In this document: positions 1 through 13,084 of the stretch, piece by piece | Layout of the letters: every line of letters begins with the position of its first letter | Numbering within the stretch: the stretch's first letter is position 1 | From: Selaginella moellendorffii | Taxonomy: Eukaryota; Plantae; Lycopodiophyta | Reading direction: 5' to 3' | Length of the DNA stretch: 64,000 bases | Assembly (NCBI RefSeq): GCF_000143415.4 | Contig: NW_003314290.1 | Coordinates: 1,478,454 to 1,542,453, forward strand | The notes under the pieces: model-generated | Seen by the model: only the letters and a program-made list of their open reading frames with translations | The model's database searches: none | What the model was told of the DNA's origin: nothing | Made by a program: the position numbers and the translations under genes

Positions 1-1087
1 GTATCACCATCCCATTGCCCAGCTTCACATTCGCGGGGAAGCTCCGGTCCATGGTGCTGGCCCCGACGGTGGTGATCCAAGGCGCAATGTTGGTCACCGA
101 CATATCGGTCGGGCCTTCGTTCCCGCCCGAGCAAGCCACGAAAATTCCCCGCTCCATGGCCGCGAAGGAGCCGATGGCAATGCTGTCGAGGTAGTAAGGC
201 ATCACTCCACCGCCGACCGAGAGAGAGATCACGTCCACGCCGTCCGAGACAGCGCGGTCGAAAGCCGCGAGGATGTCCGAGTCGAAGCAGCCCGACTGCC
301 AGCAGACCTTGTAGGCGGCGATGCGTGCCTTGGGCGCCATGCCGCGAGCGGTACCGGCGGCAAAGCCGAGGAGATCCGCGCGGTACACGTCCCGCCCGGC
401 GGCAGTGGAGGCCGTGTGCGTGCCGTGGCCGTCCGAGTCCCTGGGCGACTTAAACTCGGTGGTGTCGTTGATAGGACCGCTCATCGCCTCGTAGCCGCGG
501 TAGAAGAATCGCGCGCCGATGAGCTTGCGGTTGCACAGCTTTGGATCGAAGCCCGGGCCGGCCTGGCAGGTCCCCTTCCACCGCGATGGAACCGGCGACA
601 TCTTGCGATCGTCGAAGCTCTGGCTCTGCGGCCACACGCCAGTGTCGAAGATCCCCACGATTGCCTCGGAGCCATAGGTGGAATCCTTCCAGAGGAGCGA
701 TGGCGCGTGGTTGGACTGCTCCAGATGCAAGAACTGTGGGCTATACGTCGTGTGGAGCTTCTTGGCGGAGTCTGGAAACATGTGGATGAATCCCGGGGCG
801 GATTCCAGCGCCGCCGCCTGGCGAGCGCTCATCTTGGCCGCGAATCCGTGCATCGCCGTGTTGTAGATGTGGATGAATTCGGCCGCCGGGGCGGCGGCGT
901 GGATTCCCGACGCTGCTGCGAGAGTGGATTCATACCAGGATTCGTGCGTCCGAAATATCGCCGGCATTGCTCCCTTGTCCATCCTCACAATGTAAGTCTT
1001 GCGCGAAATCTCCTCCTCGTCACATCGGAACCGCGACAGCGCCAGCAAGAACACGACGGCAGCGACCCGGATCTCCAGCCGCGCCAT
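1..1087 (-). CDS. Subtilisin-like serine protease (plant subtilase, SBT1-type), 5' part; runs off the window
   Basis: Minus-strand translation from ATG at 1087: signal peptide MARLEIRVAAVVFLLAL, I9 prodomain (KTYIVRM...HGFAAKM), catalytic Asp motif IVGIFDTGVWP, His motif DSDGHGTHTASTAAG, YKVCW, APWITTVGASTMDR. No intron in the visible part. Confidence 0.95.
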   Translation of the reverse strand, partial: MARLEIRVAAVVFLLALSRFRCDEEEISRKTYIVRMDKGAMPAIFRTHESWYESTLAAASGIHAAAPAAEFIHIYNTAMHGFAAKMSARQAAALESAPGFIHMFPDSAKKLHTTYSPQFLHLEQSNHAPSLLWKDSTYGSEAIVGIFDTGVWPQSQSFDDRKMSPVPSRWKGTCQAGPGFDPKLCNRKLIGARFFYRGYEAMSGPINDTTEFKSPRDSDGHGTHTASTAAGRDVYRADLLGFAAGTARGMAPKARIAAYKVCWQSGCFDSDILAAFDRAVSDGVDVISLSVGGGVMPYYLDSIAIGSFAAMERGIFVACSGGNEGPTDMSVTNIAPWITTVGASTMDRSFPANVKLGNGMVI

Positions 1088-1873
1088 GGAAAGATCGAAA
1101 GATCGATCGATCGATCGATCAAGAAGAGCAAAGATTTCAAGAACGGGGGGAAAGAATCACTGCGCAGGGCCGCAGATCGCCGTCATTGCGGTAGAGATTT
1201 CCAAGACGATCATCACGACGCAGCCCTGGCAGGAGGAAGCGCGAAGAAGGGCGAAAGAACGAAAAGAGTGGTAGAACCCTAAGGAAACTATACCAATGCC
1301 AGTGAGCCAGTGAGGCGACCCTGCCATACCAGCATCTCCAGGGAATCTTTATCCCTGCGCCACCCACCATGGGCCATTTCAGCCGCGTTCCGTACGGGTG
1401 TGTTCCAAGGAAGTTGGACCGGATATTGACGGCCTCCAATCACCGTCGGATCTAGCGGCCGGGATCTCACCCCATCTTTTTAAACGCGAGCCTTTATAAC
1501 GGCTACACTTTAATGTTTCAAAGGAGTGTGCTTGGTTTTTTTATTTTGTACCAAAGAATCACACCGGCTGTATTGGCATTCACCACTGCTCGGCAAAATT
1601 CTCGCTTCCAAGAAACCAGTTTTCTTTCTCCTCTCTTTCGCTCGCTCGCTCTTCCGCGAGGACGACTGGATCGATCGAATGCTCTCCCGGAGAAGTACAG
1701 CCAAGTTGTGGAAGAAAGTTTCTCCCATCCCGAAAAGCTTGACGCATTATTCTCGCCCGGGTATACATCTTCTACCTGTGAAGTTGAAAGGACAGGCTCT
1801 CACACGGACTCCTTGACAAAGTAGAAAAAAAGAAAACGGACGCGTACTCACTGTATAGACTCGAGACATCGCC

Positions 1874-4303
1874 TCAAAACTGGAGGGCGAGCTGTGCGCT
1901 GCTGCACGGCCGCGGCTGCAAGGACTTCATGTAATACTTGGAGCCTCTCGTGAAGTCTATTCCGGACCGCCTCGCCGCCGGCAGTTGCTCCAGGGGGCAC
2001 TGGAAAAATCCCCTGCTAACGAACCTGGAGAAACATAAACAAAAACGTTTTTTTCTTTTTTATCCAAAGATCGTAAAGATCGACGAGAGTTGTTTACCAA
2101 TCTGCGGCGCGAGTTGTCAAGAGGAAGAGATACTGGCAATCCATTGCAGCAGCCTTTTGCTCTACATAATCTGCAATCGCGAAACCGGTTAGTTTCTATG
2201 CTCCGCATAGGAAACAATAAACTAGAAAGATGCATGCACGAACCGAGTAGGCTGTCGCCTTGGCCGTGGCCGCGACACTCGGGAGAAACAGCGAAAGCTC
2301 CAACTTCTGCGCATTTGTCTTTGAGGAAAGGATACAGTGCGCAGCAGGCAATTAACGATCCTTCTCTTTCCACGACGACATAATGCTCCAGCTCCCCTCG
2401 TAACTGCGGAGAACATCTCATTGAGAGCCATCGGAATCGAGAGTGAATAAACAAAGTACCTTTTCCCGCGACCTTTTCACGAGTATCCCACTTTCTTCCA
2501 GAGGACGCAATAACTTCTCTACATCCTGAAGATCGTCCTTGGTGGCACAACGAATGCCTTCGTACATATCACTGTATCGAGCATTAAATCATCAGTCAAA
2601 GATCCAAACATCACAAACAATTTAAAACTGATAAACAACGAGACTTTACCTTGCGATCATCGTGCCTATTCCATCTCTGGTGTAAAGCTCAAGGAGAAGA
2701 GCTCCCTCAATGGTACCATCCAAGAGATGGACCCGCCTTACCCCTGCCTAAGGATCAGCACGGCACAGCTTCAGTTTCGCGAAAAAAAAAAAATTATATT
2801 CGAAAGCTCCGAAGTTCTTACCCGACAAACGTGAACAGAGGCCGTCAACTCCGATAAGTATCCTTGTGTCCGCACCAAGCCACCAACAGCAAACCCCTTC
2901 CCGCAGGAATCATAGTTCTCTTCGCTGAGTGCTAAGTCGCCGGTCGACGCACTCACATAAAAACCGCGCCTTTCATTCGGGAAAGGAACGTCCGCTAGAC
3001 CGAGACTTTTCACGTAGCTTGACCCCGCCAGAGCCTTCACGTAATCGGCAGCGATGTAGCTTTGGCTTGCGCGCTGTCTTATCAGCTGGTCGGCCCGAGG
3101 AAGTGTCATGAAGCGAATCAGAAATCCATTCTCGTCAAGAACCGGACTGTCGAGCAGGCACAAAAGCTTGTCAGCCTGAAGAGCCACCGCGCACGCCGTC
3201 GCCACCTCGTACGTACTAAAAACGTTTTGAGAAAAAGAAAGAAAGATCAAAGATCAAAGGCAATGGATGCTTACTTGCAGTTTAGAACCTCTCCCGTGCT
3301 AGAATACCCAAGATTGCTCATCAGGACGATACAGTTCTTGTCGAGCCTCTCTTTGATGCGTTCCGCATCAATCTTTTTCACTTCTCCAGTCGCTCCAAAG
3401 TCCACTCCATTGACCACGCCTCTTCGCTGCACAGTTCAAGCCCAGATCATTACGCAGATTCTCATCACGCCTTCACGAACCTTTGCTGACAGAAAATTCC
3501 CACTCGCAACACCCAAGCCGGACTCGTGCCACCTCCCATTCTCGCCATGCCGACGAAGAACAGGGATGCTTGGTCCTCGTGAGAGCTTCGCCTCTATCTC
3601 GACGCGCAATTTTCCAGCCGCCTCCATGGAAGCATCGAGAGCGTGAGCATCAGTTATCCTGTAAGCTCCAACATATCGCGGCTCTCTACCTGCAATCTAC
3701 AAGCATTTATTAGCTGTTTGTGTCGTTCCTCTGAAATCCAACCTCTCTTTTCCGCTCGAAAAACTAGAGTCCCTCCTCTCGCAGATCCAAATCTCCTTAC
3801 CCCTCTCCCGGAGAAGATCGTCGATTTGGACGCGGACCCCCGGAACGAGCACAATCTGGATTCCCAATCCATGGAGCAGTGAAACATCCTGACAAAGTCG
3901 AGGCAAATGATAATCAGCGAGGAACAATTGAGATCACCACAACGACCTGCAAGATATTGTCTAGAGTCTCTCGCTTTGCTAAAATCTCGCCTGGGACAAC
4001 GATCACGAATGTGCTGCCGCGATGGCCTTGGATGTATGGCCACGCTTCCCTGAACCAATGCACATAATCCCGGTGGTTCTCTCTAACCACGCAAGAACCG
4101 TTGGTATTTACTGCCGCCGCCGCCAGAGGACTTGGCAATCTCCGCACGGAGCGAGCGATCGGGGGAAGCTTATTAGGCGATGGAAGCCAATGCAAGCGTG
4201 ATGGTAGCGATCCAGTAGCTCTTCCTCCTCCTCCGCAAGAGCAATTTACCTGTTTGGTGAATACCCACGATTGGCGATCCATTGCCAGGGCCCTTTGATC
4301 CAT
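1874..4303 (-). CDS. NAGS: Amino-acid acetyltransferase / N-acetylglutamate synthase, plastidic, multi-exon
   Basis: Exons encode [108 protein letters not shown] (GNAT), ending [10 protein letters not shown]...LQF-stop at 1874. Start may instead be the in-frame ATG at 4393. Confidence 0.92.
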
Positions 4304-4639
4304 TGCCAAGCCTTGTGATGCTGCTCTTCGGCAAGAGAAATCTATGGGCAAGGATGCGATGATGCTTTGATGCTCTCTGATTGATGCCAACATTGCCCTA
4401 AAGTACAAGTCTATGTCAGTAAAAGCCTACACCTAGAATGCACCTGGAAAACGCGGCGGCTAGAAACAACACCGGGTCTCTACACCACGTGCTACAACGT
4501 AATGAATTCAAGTTAAAATTTTGCAGCTGATGTGCGTTGACGACCTTTGGACGACCTTTGGATCACCTGTTTCAACGTTCCTTCCGCTCTTTCCTGTCAA
4601 TGAAGAGGTACTACAACTTTAACTGGATATAAAAATCAA

Positions 4640-4916
4640 ATGAATCTAGTCACAAACAAGAAAAACGATGAGAGATCAAACCATCAAGCAATGAATCTAG
4701 TCACAAACGAAACGATGGGAGAGGGAGACCTTTTAACCATCAACCAAAGAACCTTCACAAAGGATCAGTTAGGAAATACAAACATCAGGCAAAGAATCAC
4801 AAAACACACACAATGAATCTAGTCACAAACGATGAGAGATCTTTAATCATCAACCAAAGAGCCTACACAAAGAATCAGTTAGGAAATACAAACATCAAAC
4901 AAAGAATCACAACACA

Positions 4917-4920
<4 letters not shown>
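4640..4920. repeat. Imperfect local tandem duplication (units starting ATGAATCTAGTCACAAAC x3)
   Basis: ATGAATCTAGTCACAAAC at about 4640, 4691 and 4813; ATCAGTTAGGAAATACAAACATCA occurs twice. Confidence 0.85.

Positions 4921-4959
<39 letters not shown>
4921..4959. repeat. (AG)n microsatellite
   Basis: Perfect AG run directly after the stop codon of the minus-strand Tudor-like gene. Confidence 0.95.
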
Positions 4960-4961
<2 letters not shown>

Positions 4962-4965
4962 GCTC

Positions 4966-6792
4966 TTACTTGACGACTTGAGGCTTGAGTTTTGGAAGCT
5001 TTAGCTTCTCCTCCCTGGCCTTCTTCTCCACTGCAAGGAGCTCCGAGCTTATAACTCGCGTTTGCTGCGGCTGATAGTTTGGATCGTCCCACGTATGCAG
5101 CTCCTCGAATGGCACCAGCAGCGGCCCCACGTCCTTCCACATTAGCTGCTCCTCGTCGCCATCTTCGTATCGGACCTGATCACAAGCTCACAGGTAAAAA
5201 AATCCATGCAAAAATACTTCTTTCGAGACCAAACCTTGTAGCGTCGGTTCCTTCTGTCGTAGTCCGCAACTTCGCCGCGAAAGACTCTTCCATTGAATCT
5301 CTTCCTCAGCTTGCGTCCCCGGAGCTTGATTCCCCGGTCGAACGGCGATGGCTTGCTCTCGCTCGCGTTTAAGTTCGTAGAAGTAATCGCTGTGGAGGGA
5401 GTAGCAACCTCGAGAGATTTTGGAGCCGGCTCCGGCGACTCCAGCACCTCGGGTGGTTCCGGAAGAGCTAGCTTTGCCGGACTCAGCTCCACCAGGCTTG
5501 GCTCCACAATAGACTCCACAGCCACGGTCTTCTTCTTCTTCTTCTTCCGCTTGAGATTCGCAGAGCTCTCCTTGAGTTTCCTCTTGAGCTCCGCTGCGAC
5601 GACCTGACGCCGCCTCGTAACCTCGTCCACTGGAGTCGGCTTCTTGGGTCTCTTCTGCCGCTTGATCGCCAGGGTGCCATCGGATCCCTCCTGTTTCGCG
5701 AGCCTGCGCTTCTTCTTGTAGCCCCTCCACCTCTGCAGCGTCAAGACGTGCTTTCGTTTCTTCTTGGGCTTCTTTCTCAGCCTCTCCAGATCGCTCTCGT
5801 TCAAGCTGCAATCACTGTCGTCGTCGACTCCGTCTTTCCTATCCCGCTCTTCATCCTCTTCGTCGTCGTCCTCGTCTTCACTGTCGATCTCTGGCTCGTC
5901 TTCTGATCCGTCCTCGCTTAAACTGTCTAGGCTCTCGCTATCTTCGTCATGGCTTTCCTCGTCATCCTCTTCGTCCTCTTCATCCGCTTCCTCGCCACTA
6001 CTGATTGCGTCAACCTCTTGTTGCAGCTTCACGGGAGCAGCGGATTTACGTGGCCTTTTCTTCGTCGCCACCCCCTCGAGTTTGCTCTGAACCACCACGT
6101 CCGCAAGCATGTCCATCTTCTCCATCCTTTGCACTTCTTGGACTTGCGTGATCACGATGGCGTTCTCGTTAGATACTTGCTGGATCCTTGCTTCCCGTTC
6201 ATAATCACTATTCTTCGCCTTGACATCATCCTCACTATCTGTAGCTGCTTCAGAGTTTGTAGACTGTTCTCCTGGTTTATCTTGCTGGTCAACACTAGGC
6301 TCTTTTTTCTTTTGAGAAAATCTGGAAAAAGGAGAAGAGATTCGCCAAGCAAGCACAAAAAAATTGTAAAGATTACCTCTTGAAAATGATTTCTTGTGGG
6401 ATATACTTCTGTAGTTCTTCCCATTTAATCTCCTCAGTTTGGTCGCCCTCGAATCTCACCTACAAAAGCAAAGACACGAATTTTAAGAAAACTGACAACG
6501 GCAAGTCCGAAGAACAAAACCTTGTAAAGTTTGGTCTCGGAATCATAGTCCTCCACAGTTCCAGGAGTGTCTTTCTTTGTAATTGTCTTACCGATTAATG
6601 CCTTCCCTTCGCCACTATACTCGGCCTCCTACAAGAACGACCCAAGTGTGAGAATTCCTCGTTACAAGAAAGAATTACTCGACTCACCGTGTGTGCCTCA
6701 CTTTTCGCCACTATTCCACCTAGACATGCCACAAGCCATGAAATCCTCATCCATCGAGGCAAGAAAGACCTACCAGAGGATTTCGTCTCCAT
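4966..6792 (-). CDS. Uncharacterised nuclear protein with two PTM/DIR17-like Tudor-type modules flanking acidic and Lys-rich tracts
   Basis: Spliced reading METKSS...LIGKTITKKDTPGTVEDYDSETKLYK|VRFEGDQTEEIKWEELQKYI, then D/E-rich and K-rich (NLS-like) regions, then GRKLRKRFNGRVFRGEVADYDRRNRRYK|VRYEDGDEEQLMWKDVGPLL; stop TAA at 4966. Confidence 0.7.
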
Positions 6793-6993
6793 TGCGCGCC
6801 AAACCTACCTTGCACCTCGCAAATCCCGGAGATTTCACAACATTCCCGCAGAGATTCCCGCGAGCCGCCACGCTCAGCTCCACTGCCCGCTACGCTCTTC
6901 ACTAAGCATTCGTCCACAAAAACCTCAGAAACCTAGTACCTATCAAACATTGACACGTGTCCAGATCAAGTTTTCCAAAAATTAGTTTGTTTG

Positions 6994-9086
<2,093 letters not shown>

Positions 9087-9488
9087 AGCCTAGAGCGCGC
9101 GCGCCTCACACGATCATATACAAGATAAAATGAGAATGGAGCTGGAAGAGAGAAATAGAAAACGATAGCGCACTCACAAACGTATTCGATCGATGAATAG
9201 GCGGCCTGGGACGCGTCCGACGTGTCAGATAGAAAAGCAGAGCGAAAGGCCTCCCGCGTGCCACGTCGAATCCGACGGGGCGTCCACATCACTGCCGTTG
9301 GATCGCAGCATTTTCTTCTTTCCAGCCAGCCAACTAGCTCAAAATCTCCTGGAGACTCGGAAACTTGACCTGGAAGTTCATCGACTTAAAGTAAGATCAT
9401 CTAGAAACGAGAACTGTCAAGTTTTGAGAAAACTTGGAACTTTCATGCAATTCCAGTGGCAGTGAATAAGAAGTGTATACCTTGGTTG

Positions 9489-10946
9489 CTATTGAGAATC
9501 CAGGACCTGAAAGCCACGATCTTGAGCGTGCATATTAGAACTTAGCACGTAAGGAGTGGCATTACCTGGACTTAAATCCACGTACCTCTGCGTTGCTCGT
9601 GTTCCTCGGCTGGAGTCACTGTGGATCTTGCAAGCTCCCAGCAGAGAGTTCCACGCCACCGAGTCGGGCTCGTAAGGCATGCTGCCGATCAAGTCCTCGA
9701 CTTCTTCCAGCTTCCCAGCTTTTCCCAGGAGCTCCATCAAGCACTGGTAATGATCCGGCAAAGGCTTCAACTGGAAGTCGGCCTGCATTGCGAGAAGGTC
9801 CTCCCAGCATCTCTCCAGCAACCCCGAGTGGCCACAGGCGAAGAAGATGTTGGTGAAAGTGATCCGGTCCCTGGAGAAGCCTTCCATCTCCATGAGCCAC
9901 GGCAGCTCCAGCGCTTCTCGGGCATGCCCTTGCTGGGCATACGCGATTATCATAGCGTTGAATGAGATGGTATCCTTTTCCGGCATAACCAGGAAGATGG
10001 CTTGAGAAACTTTGATCAATCCGGTTCTCGCATAGGCAGTGATGAGCGCATTGTTCAGACTGATATGAGCTTGAAAACCGGCTGCCACGGCCTCTGCACG
10101 AATGAAAGTTACGCTGGAAGGCGCGCTACAGCAATTGAGAACGCTTACCAGAGTGACCCGGTTTGGACTAACGCCTTCTAGGTCCATTCTTGCGAAAGTT
10201 TCCATAGCCCGGTTCTTTTCCTGGTTGTGCACGTAAGCCGAGATCATCCCAGTCCATGAAACAATGTCCTTCTCTTCTAAAGCATCAAAAACTCTCCGAG
10301 CATCACCCAAGCTTGCAAACCTGCCATACATGCTTATCAGTGCGTTGATAGCTTTGGTCTCAACCTCGAAGCAAATGCTACCATGAATCATCTTGCCTTG
10401 AGCTAAGCTCGTACAGCCACTGAGAATGCTCACCAGAGTCACTGAATTTGGAGAAAACCCTTCGAGATCCATTTGCTGAAAAGCTCCAAATGCCTCCTCG
10501 CAAAGCCCTGCTTGAACAAAACCAGAGATCATAGCATTCCAGGACACCACATTCTTCTCAGGTATTTTTGAGAATACCTTTCGGGCATCGTCGAGCTTAT
10601 TGTTCTCCACCAAGGCTGTGAGCATCGCGGTGGAAAGGATCACATCCGGCTCGGGGGCGTTGTCATACAAGAAAGAAGCCTCTTCAATTTGCCCGTTTCG
10701 GGCATATGCTGTGATCAGTAGAGTCCAGGAGAAAACGTTTGGCTGCTCGATCCTGTCAAACGCCTTGCGCGCTTCTTGCAAGCTGCCACAACGAGCATAC
10801 ATCTGGACAACAAGATTCCCCAGAAATGTGTCGCTGCGATCCAGCCCTGCCTTGGCAACATCGGCGTGCGCGCTCTTGGCCTCGCGCAGCGATTTGCAGT
10901 GACGCAGGAGCTCAGCAAAGGAATTCCTGGAACCAAGAAGATCCAT
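9489..10946 (-). CDS. PLS-class pentatricopeptide repeat protein with E domain, no DYW (putative organellar RNA-editing factor)
   Basis: 485-aa intronless ORF with P/L/S repeats (NVFSWTLLITAYARNG, DIVSWTGMISAY) and E-domain region HYQCLMELLGKAG...PDSVAWNSLLGAC...YVLSSNM. Confidence 0.92.
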   Translation of the reverse strand: MDLLGSRNSFAELLRHCKSLREAKSAHADVAKAGLDRSDTFLGNLVVQMYARCGSLQEARKAFDRIEQPNVFSWTLLITAYARNGQIEEASFLYDNAPEPDVILSTAMLTALVENNKLDDARKVFSKIPEKNVVSWNAMISGFVQAGLCEEAFGAFQQMDLEGFSPNSVTLVSILSGCTSLAQGKMIHGSICFEVETKAINALISMYGRFASLGDARRVFDALEEKDIVSWTGMISAYVHNQEKNRAMETFARMDLEGVSPNRVTLVSVLNCCSAPSSVTFIRAEAVAAGFQAHISLNNALITAYARTGLIKVSQAIFLVMPEKDTISFNAMIIAYAQQGHAREALELPWLMEMEGFSRDRITFTNIFFACGHSGLLERCWEDLLAMQADFQLKPLPDHYQCLMELLGKAGKLEEVEDLIGSMPYEPDSVAWNSLLGACKIHSDSSRGTRATQRYVDLSPGNATPYVLSSNMHAQDRGFQVLDSQ

Positions 10947-13084
10947 TACCCTGGCGCCTTACAGGACTTGGCTAGCGCTGTGTAGGATCCGGCATTCCAT
11001 CGATCGAGCTCCACAATGCGCCGTGCAACCCCAATCGATTCCTTTCTATGAATCGATGCAGCTAGCAGCGATCCCAGCTCCGTGGCCTGCGGCTCAAACG
11101 GCATAGATTCCACGAGCTCCTTGGCGCTGTCGATCTGCCCAGCCCGTCCAAGAACATCGACAATGCAGCAGTAGTGCTCTCTCCACGGCGAGAGGCCGTG
11201 TTCTTGGCTCATGAGCAAGAAACCCTTAACAGCCCGATCCACCAATCCGCTGTGGCTGCTGGCATGCAAGATCGCGATGAATGTGACAGCATCCGGCTGG
11301 AATCCTTCCATCGCCATCCCGATCAAGAGCTCCGCCGCGTGATCCGACTGAGAATGCGGCGATGCGAGGAGCGCATTCACCGCGGCGATGCTGCGATCAG
11401 GCATCCGCTCGAATAGCTGCAGAGCTTCGCGACGATTTCCACTGCGCGCTAGACACGCGAGCATCGAAATCCAGCTCGCGAGATCCCTAGCAGGCATTCT
11501 CTGGAACAAATCCATAGTCTCGAGACTTTGCCCGTTCAGAGAATATGCCGTAAGCATTGTGTTCCAGGAGACGGTATCTCGCCAGGGCGAGGAATCGAAC
11601 ACCAACTTTGCGTCGAGGAGATGACCACTGGCGCCGTACGCCTGGACCAGCGTGTTGTACGACACACTGTCGCGCTGCGGTATCTTCTCAAACATGACCC
11701 TGGCATCTTCGAGATTTCTGGCAAGGCAATACGAGTAGATCAGGATATTCCACGAGACGTCACAATGTTCGGGCATGGTGTCAAATAGCCTTTTGGCCTC
11801 CACCACCTTTCCAAGCTCCATACCGTATGCTTCCAGCAAGACATTGTAGGAAACCAAATTTCTCTCTGGCATCTCATCAAAGATTTCTTTAGCTTTAGAT
11901 AGATTCCCAGACTGGGCATATGCTTGAATCAGGCATGTAGACGAGACAACACAGTGTCTTGGCATCTTTTGGAACATTGCTGTGGCTTCCTCTAAATTGC
12001 CACCTTTTCCAAGCATCACTATGATTGACGTCCAACACACATTATCCCACTCAGGCATATCGTCAAATACCTTTCTGGCTTCATCAAAAAGAAAGTTCTC
12101 TCCAAGCCCCTGGAGAAGTATCGACCACGATACTAAACTCCTCCAAGGCATACTCTTCTCAAACATCTCCACGGCATCTTTTAAAAGTGATGCCTTGGTG
12201 TATGCCATTAGCACAAGATTCCAAGATAAGATGCTTCTACTTGTCATTCGGTCGAAGATTTCCTTGCTTTGTTCTAGTTGCCCATGTTGGGCATATGCCG
12301 TGAGAAGAATGTTCGAAGTAACAACATCTTTCTCTACCATTTTACACAATAGTTCTTTGGCCTTGTCAAAACAACCATCTAGACAGTAACCTTGCATTAT
12401 CGTATTGCATGACACGGTGTTCCAAAATGGCATTGCTTCAAACAAAACCAGTGCTTCTTTGAAGAGGCCATTTTCCACATAGGCAGCGATCATAATATTC
12501 CATGTCACTACATTTCTTTCCATCATGGAATCAAACAATTCTTTGGCTTTTGATATGCACCCAATCTGAGCGTATCCTTTCATCATGGCCGTCCATGTCA
12601 CCACAGTCCAGTCCGACATTGCATTAAACAGTGCCTCGGCATCATCCATTTGCCCCGCTCCGGCATATGCAGCTATTAGTATTGTCCACGTCACTGTGTT
12701 TCTATAGAGCATACTGTCGAAAATTACTCTCGATTCGCAGAGTTTGCCAGCTTTTACATATGATTTCAACAGAGAATTCCATGCAACCACATTTTTACTG
12801 GGCATTTCTTTGGCAATATTACTCGCCTCCTCCAAATGGCCATTTTGAGCATATGCAGTCAATATTATGCTCCATGAAAAACTGTTTGGCTGGCGGATTC
12901 CATCAAAAACTAGCTTTGCCTTTTTCAAGCTCCCACAGTTCCCATATGTCTGGACAAGGAGATTAGCAAGGTAGTGGCTATTTGAATGATTGCTATGTGC
13001 GATTTGGGTATGGAGTTGCTGAGCCTTTGATAGATCCTTACAAGAAGTGAGCAAGGTGACAAAATCTGCCTCAGTTGCCACCAT
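10946..13084 (-). CDS. PPR protein with a long tandem array of short (S/SS-type, ~31 aa) motifs and a truncated E domain
   Basis: 712-aa intronless ORF with repeated FDxMPxxNVVxWxxxxxAY units and terminal HYCCIVDVLGRAG...MPFEP. Confidence 0.92.
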   Translation of the reverse strand: MVATEADFVTLLTSCKDLSKAQQLHTQIAHSNHSNSHYLANLLVQTYGNCGSLKKAKLVFDGIRQPNSFSWSIILTAYAQNGHLEEASNIAKEMPSKNVVAWNSLLKSYVKAGKLCESRVIFDSMLYRNTVTWTILIAAYAGAGQMDDAEALFNAMSDWTVVTWTAMMKGYAQIGCISKAKELFDSMMERNVVTWNIMIAAYVENGLFKEALVLFEAMPFWNTVSCNTIMQGYCLDGCFDKAKELLCKMVEKDVVTSNILLTAYAQHGQLEQSKEIFDRMTSRSILSWNLVLMAYTKASLLKDAVEMFEKSMPWRSLVSWSILLQGLGENFLFDEARKVFDDMPEWDNVCWTSIIVMLGKGGNLEEATAMFQKMPRHCVVSSTCLIQAYAQSGNLSKAKEIFDEMPERNLVSYNVLLEAYGMELGKVVEAKRLFDTMPEHCDVSWNILIYSYCLARNLEDARVMFEKIPQRDSVSYNTLVQAYGASGHLLDAKLVFDSSPWRDTVSWNTMLTAYSLNGQSLETMDLFQRMPARDLASWISMLACLARSGNRREALQLFERMPDRSIAAVNALLASPHSQSDHAAELLIGMAMEGFQPDAVTFIAILHASSHSGLVDRAVKGFLLMSQEHGLSPWREHYCCIVDVLGRAGQIDSAKELVESMPFEPQATELGSLLAASIHRKESIGVARRIVELDRWNAGSYTALAKSCKAPG

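Noticed and set aside
416-1282. 288-aa plus-strand ORF
   Set aside because: Antisense shadow of the GC-rich subtilase CDS; no recognisable motifs.
10925-10950. Intron fusing the two PPR ORFs (GTAATG...TTCCAG)
   Set aside because: It would be only about 23 nt long, far below the intron sizes in this window.
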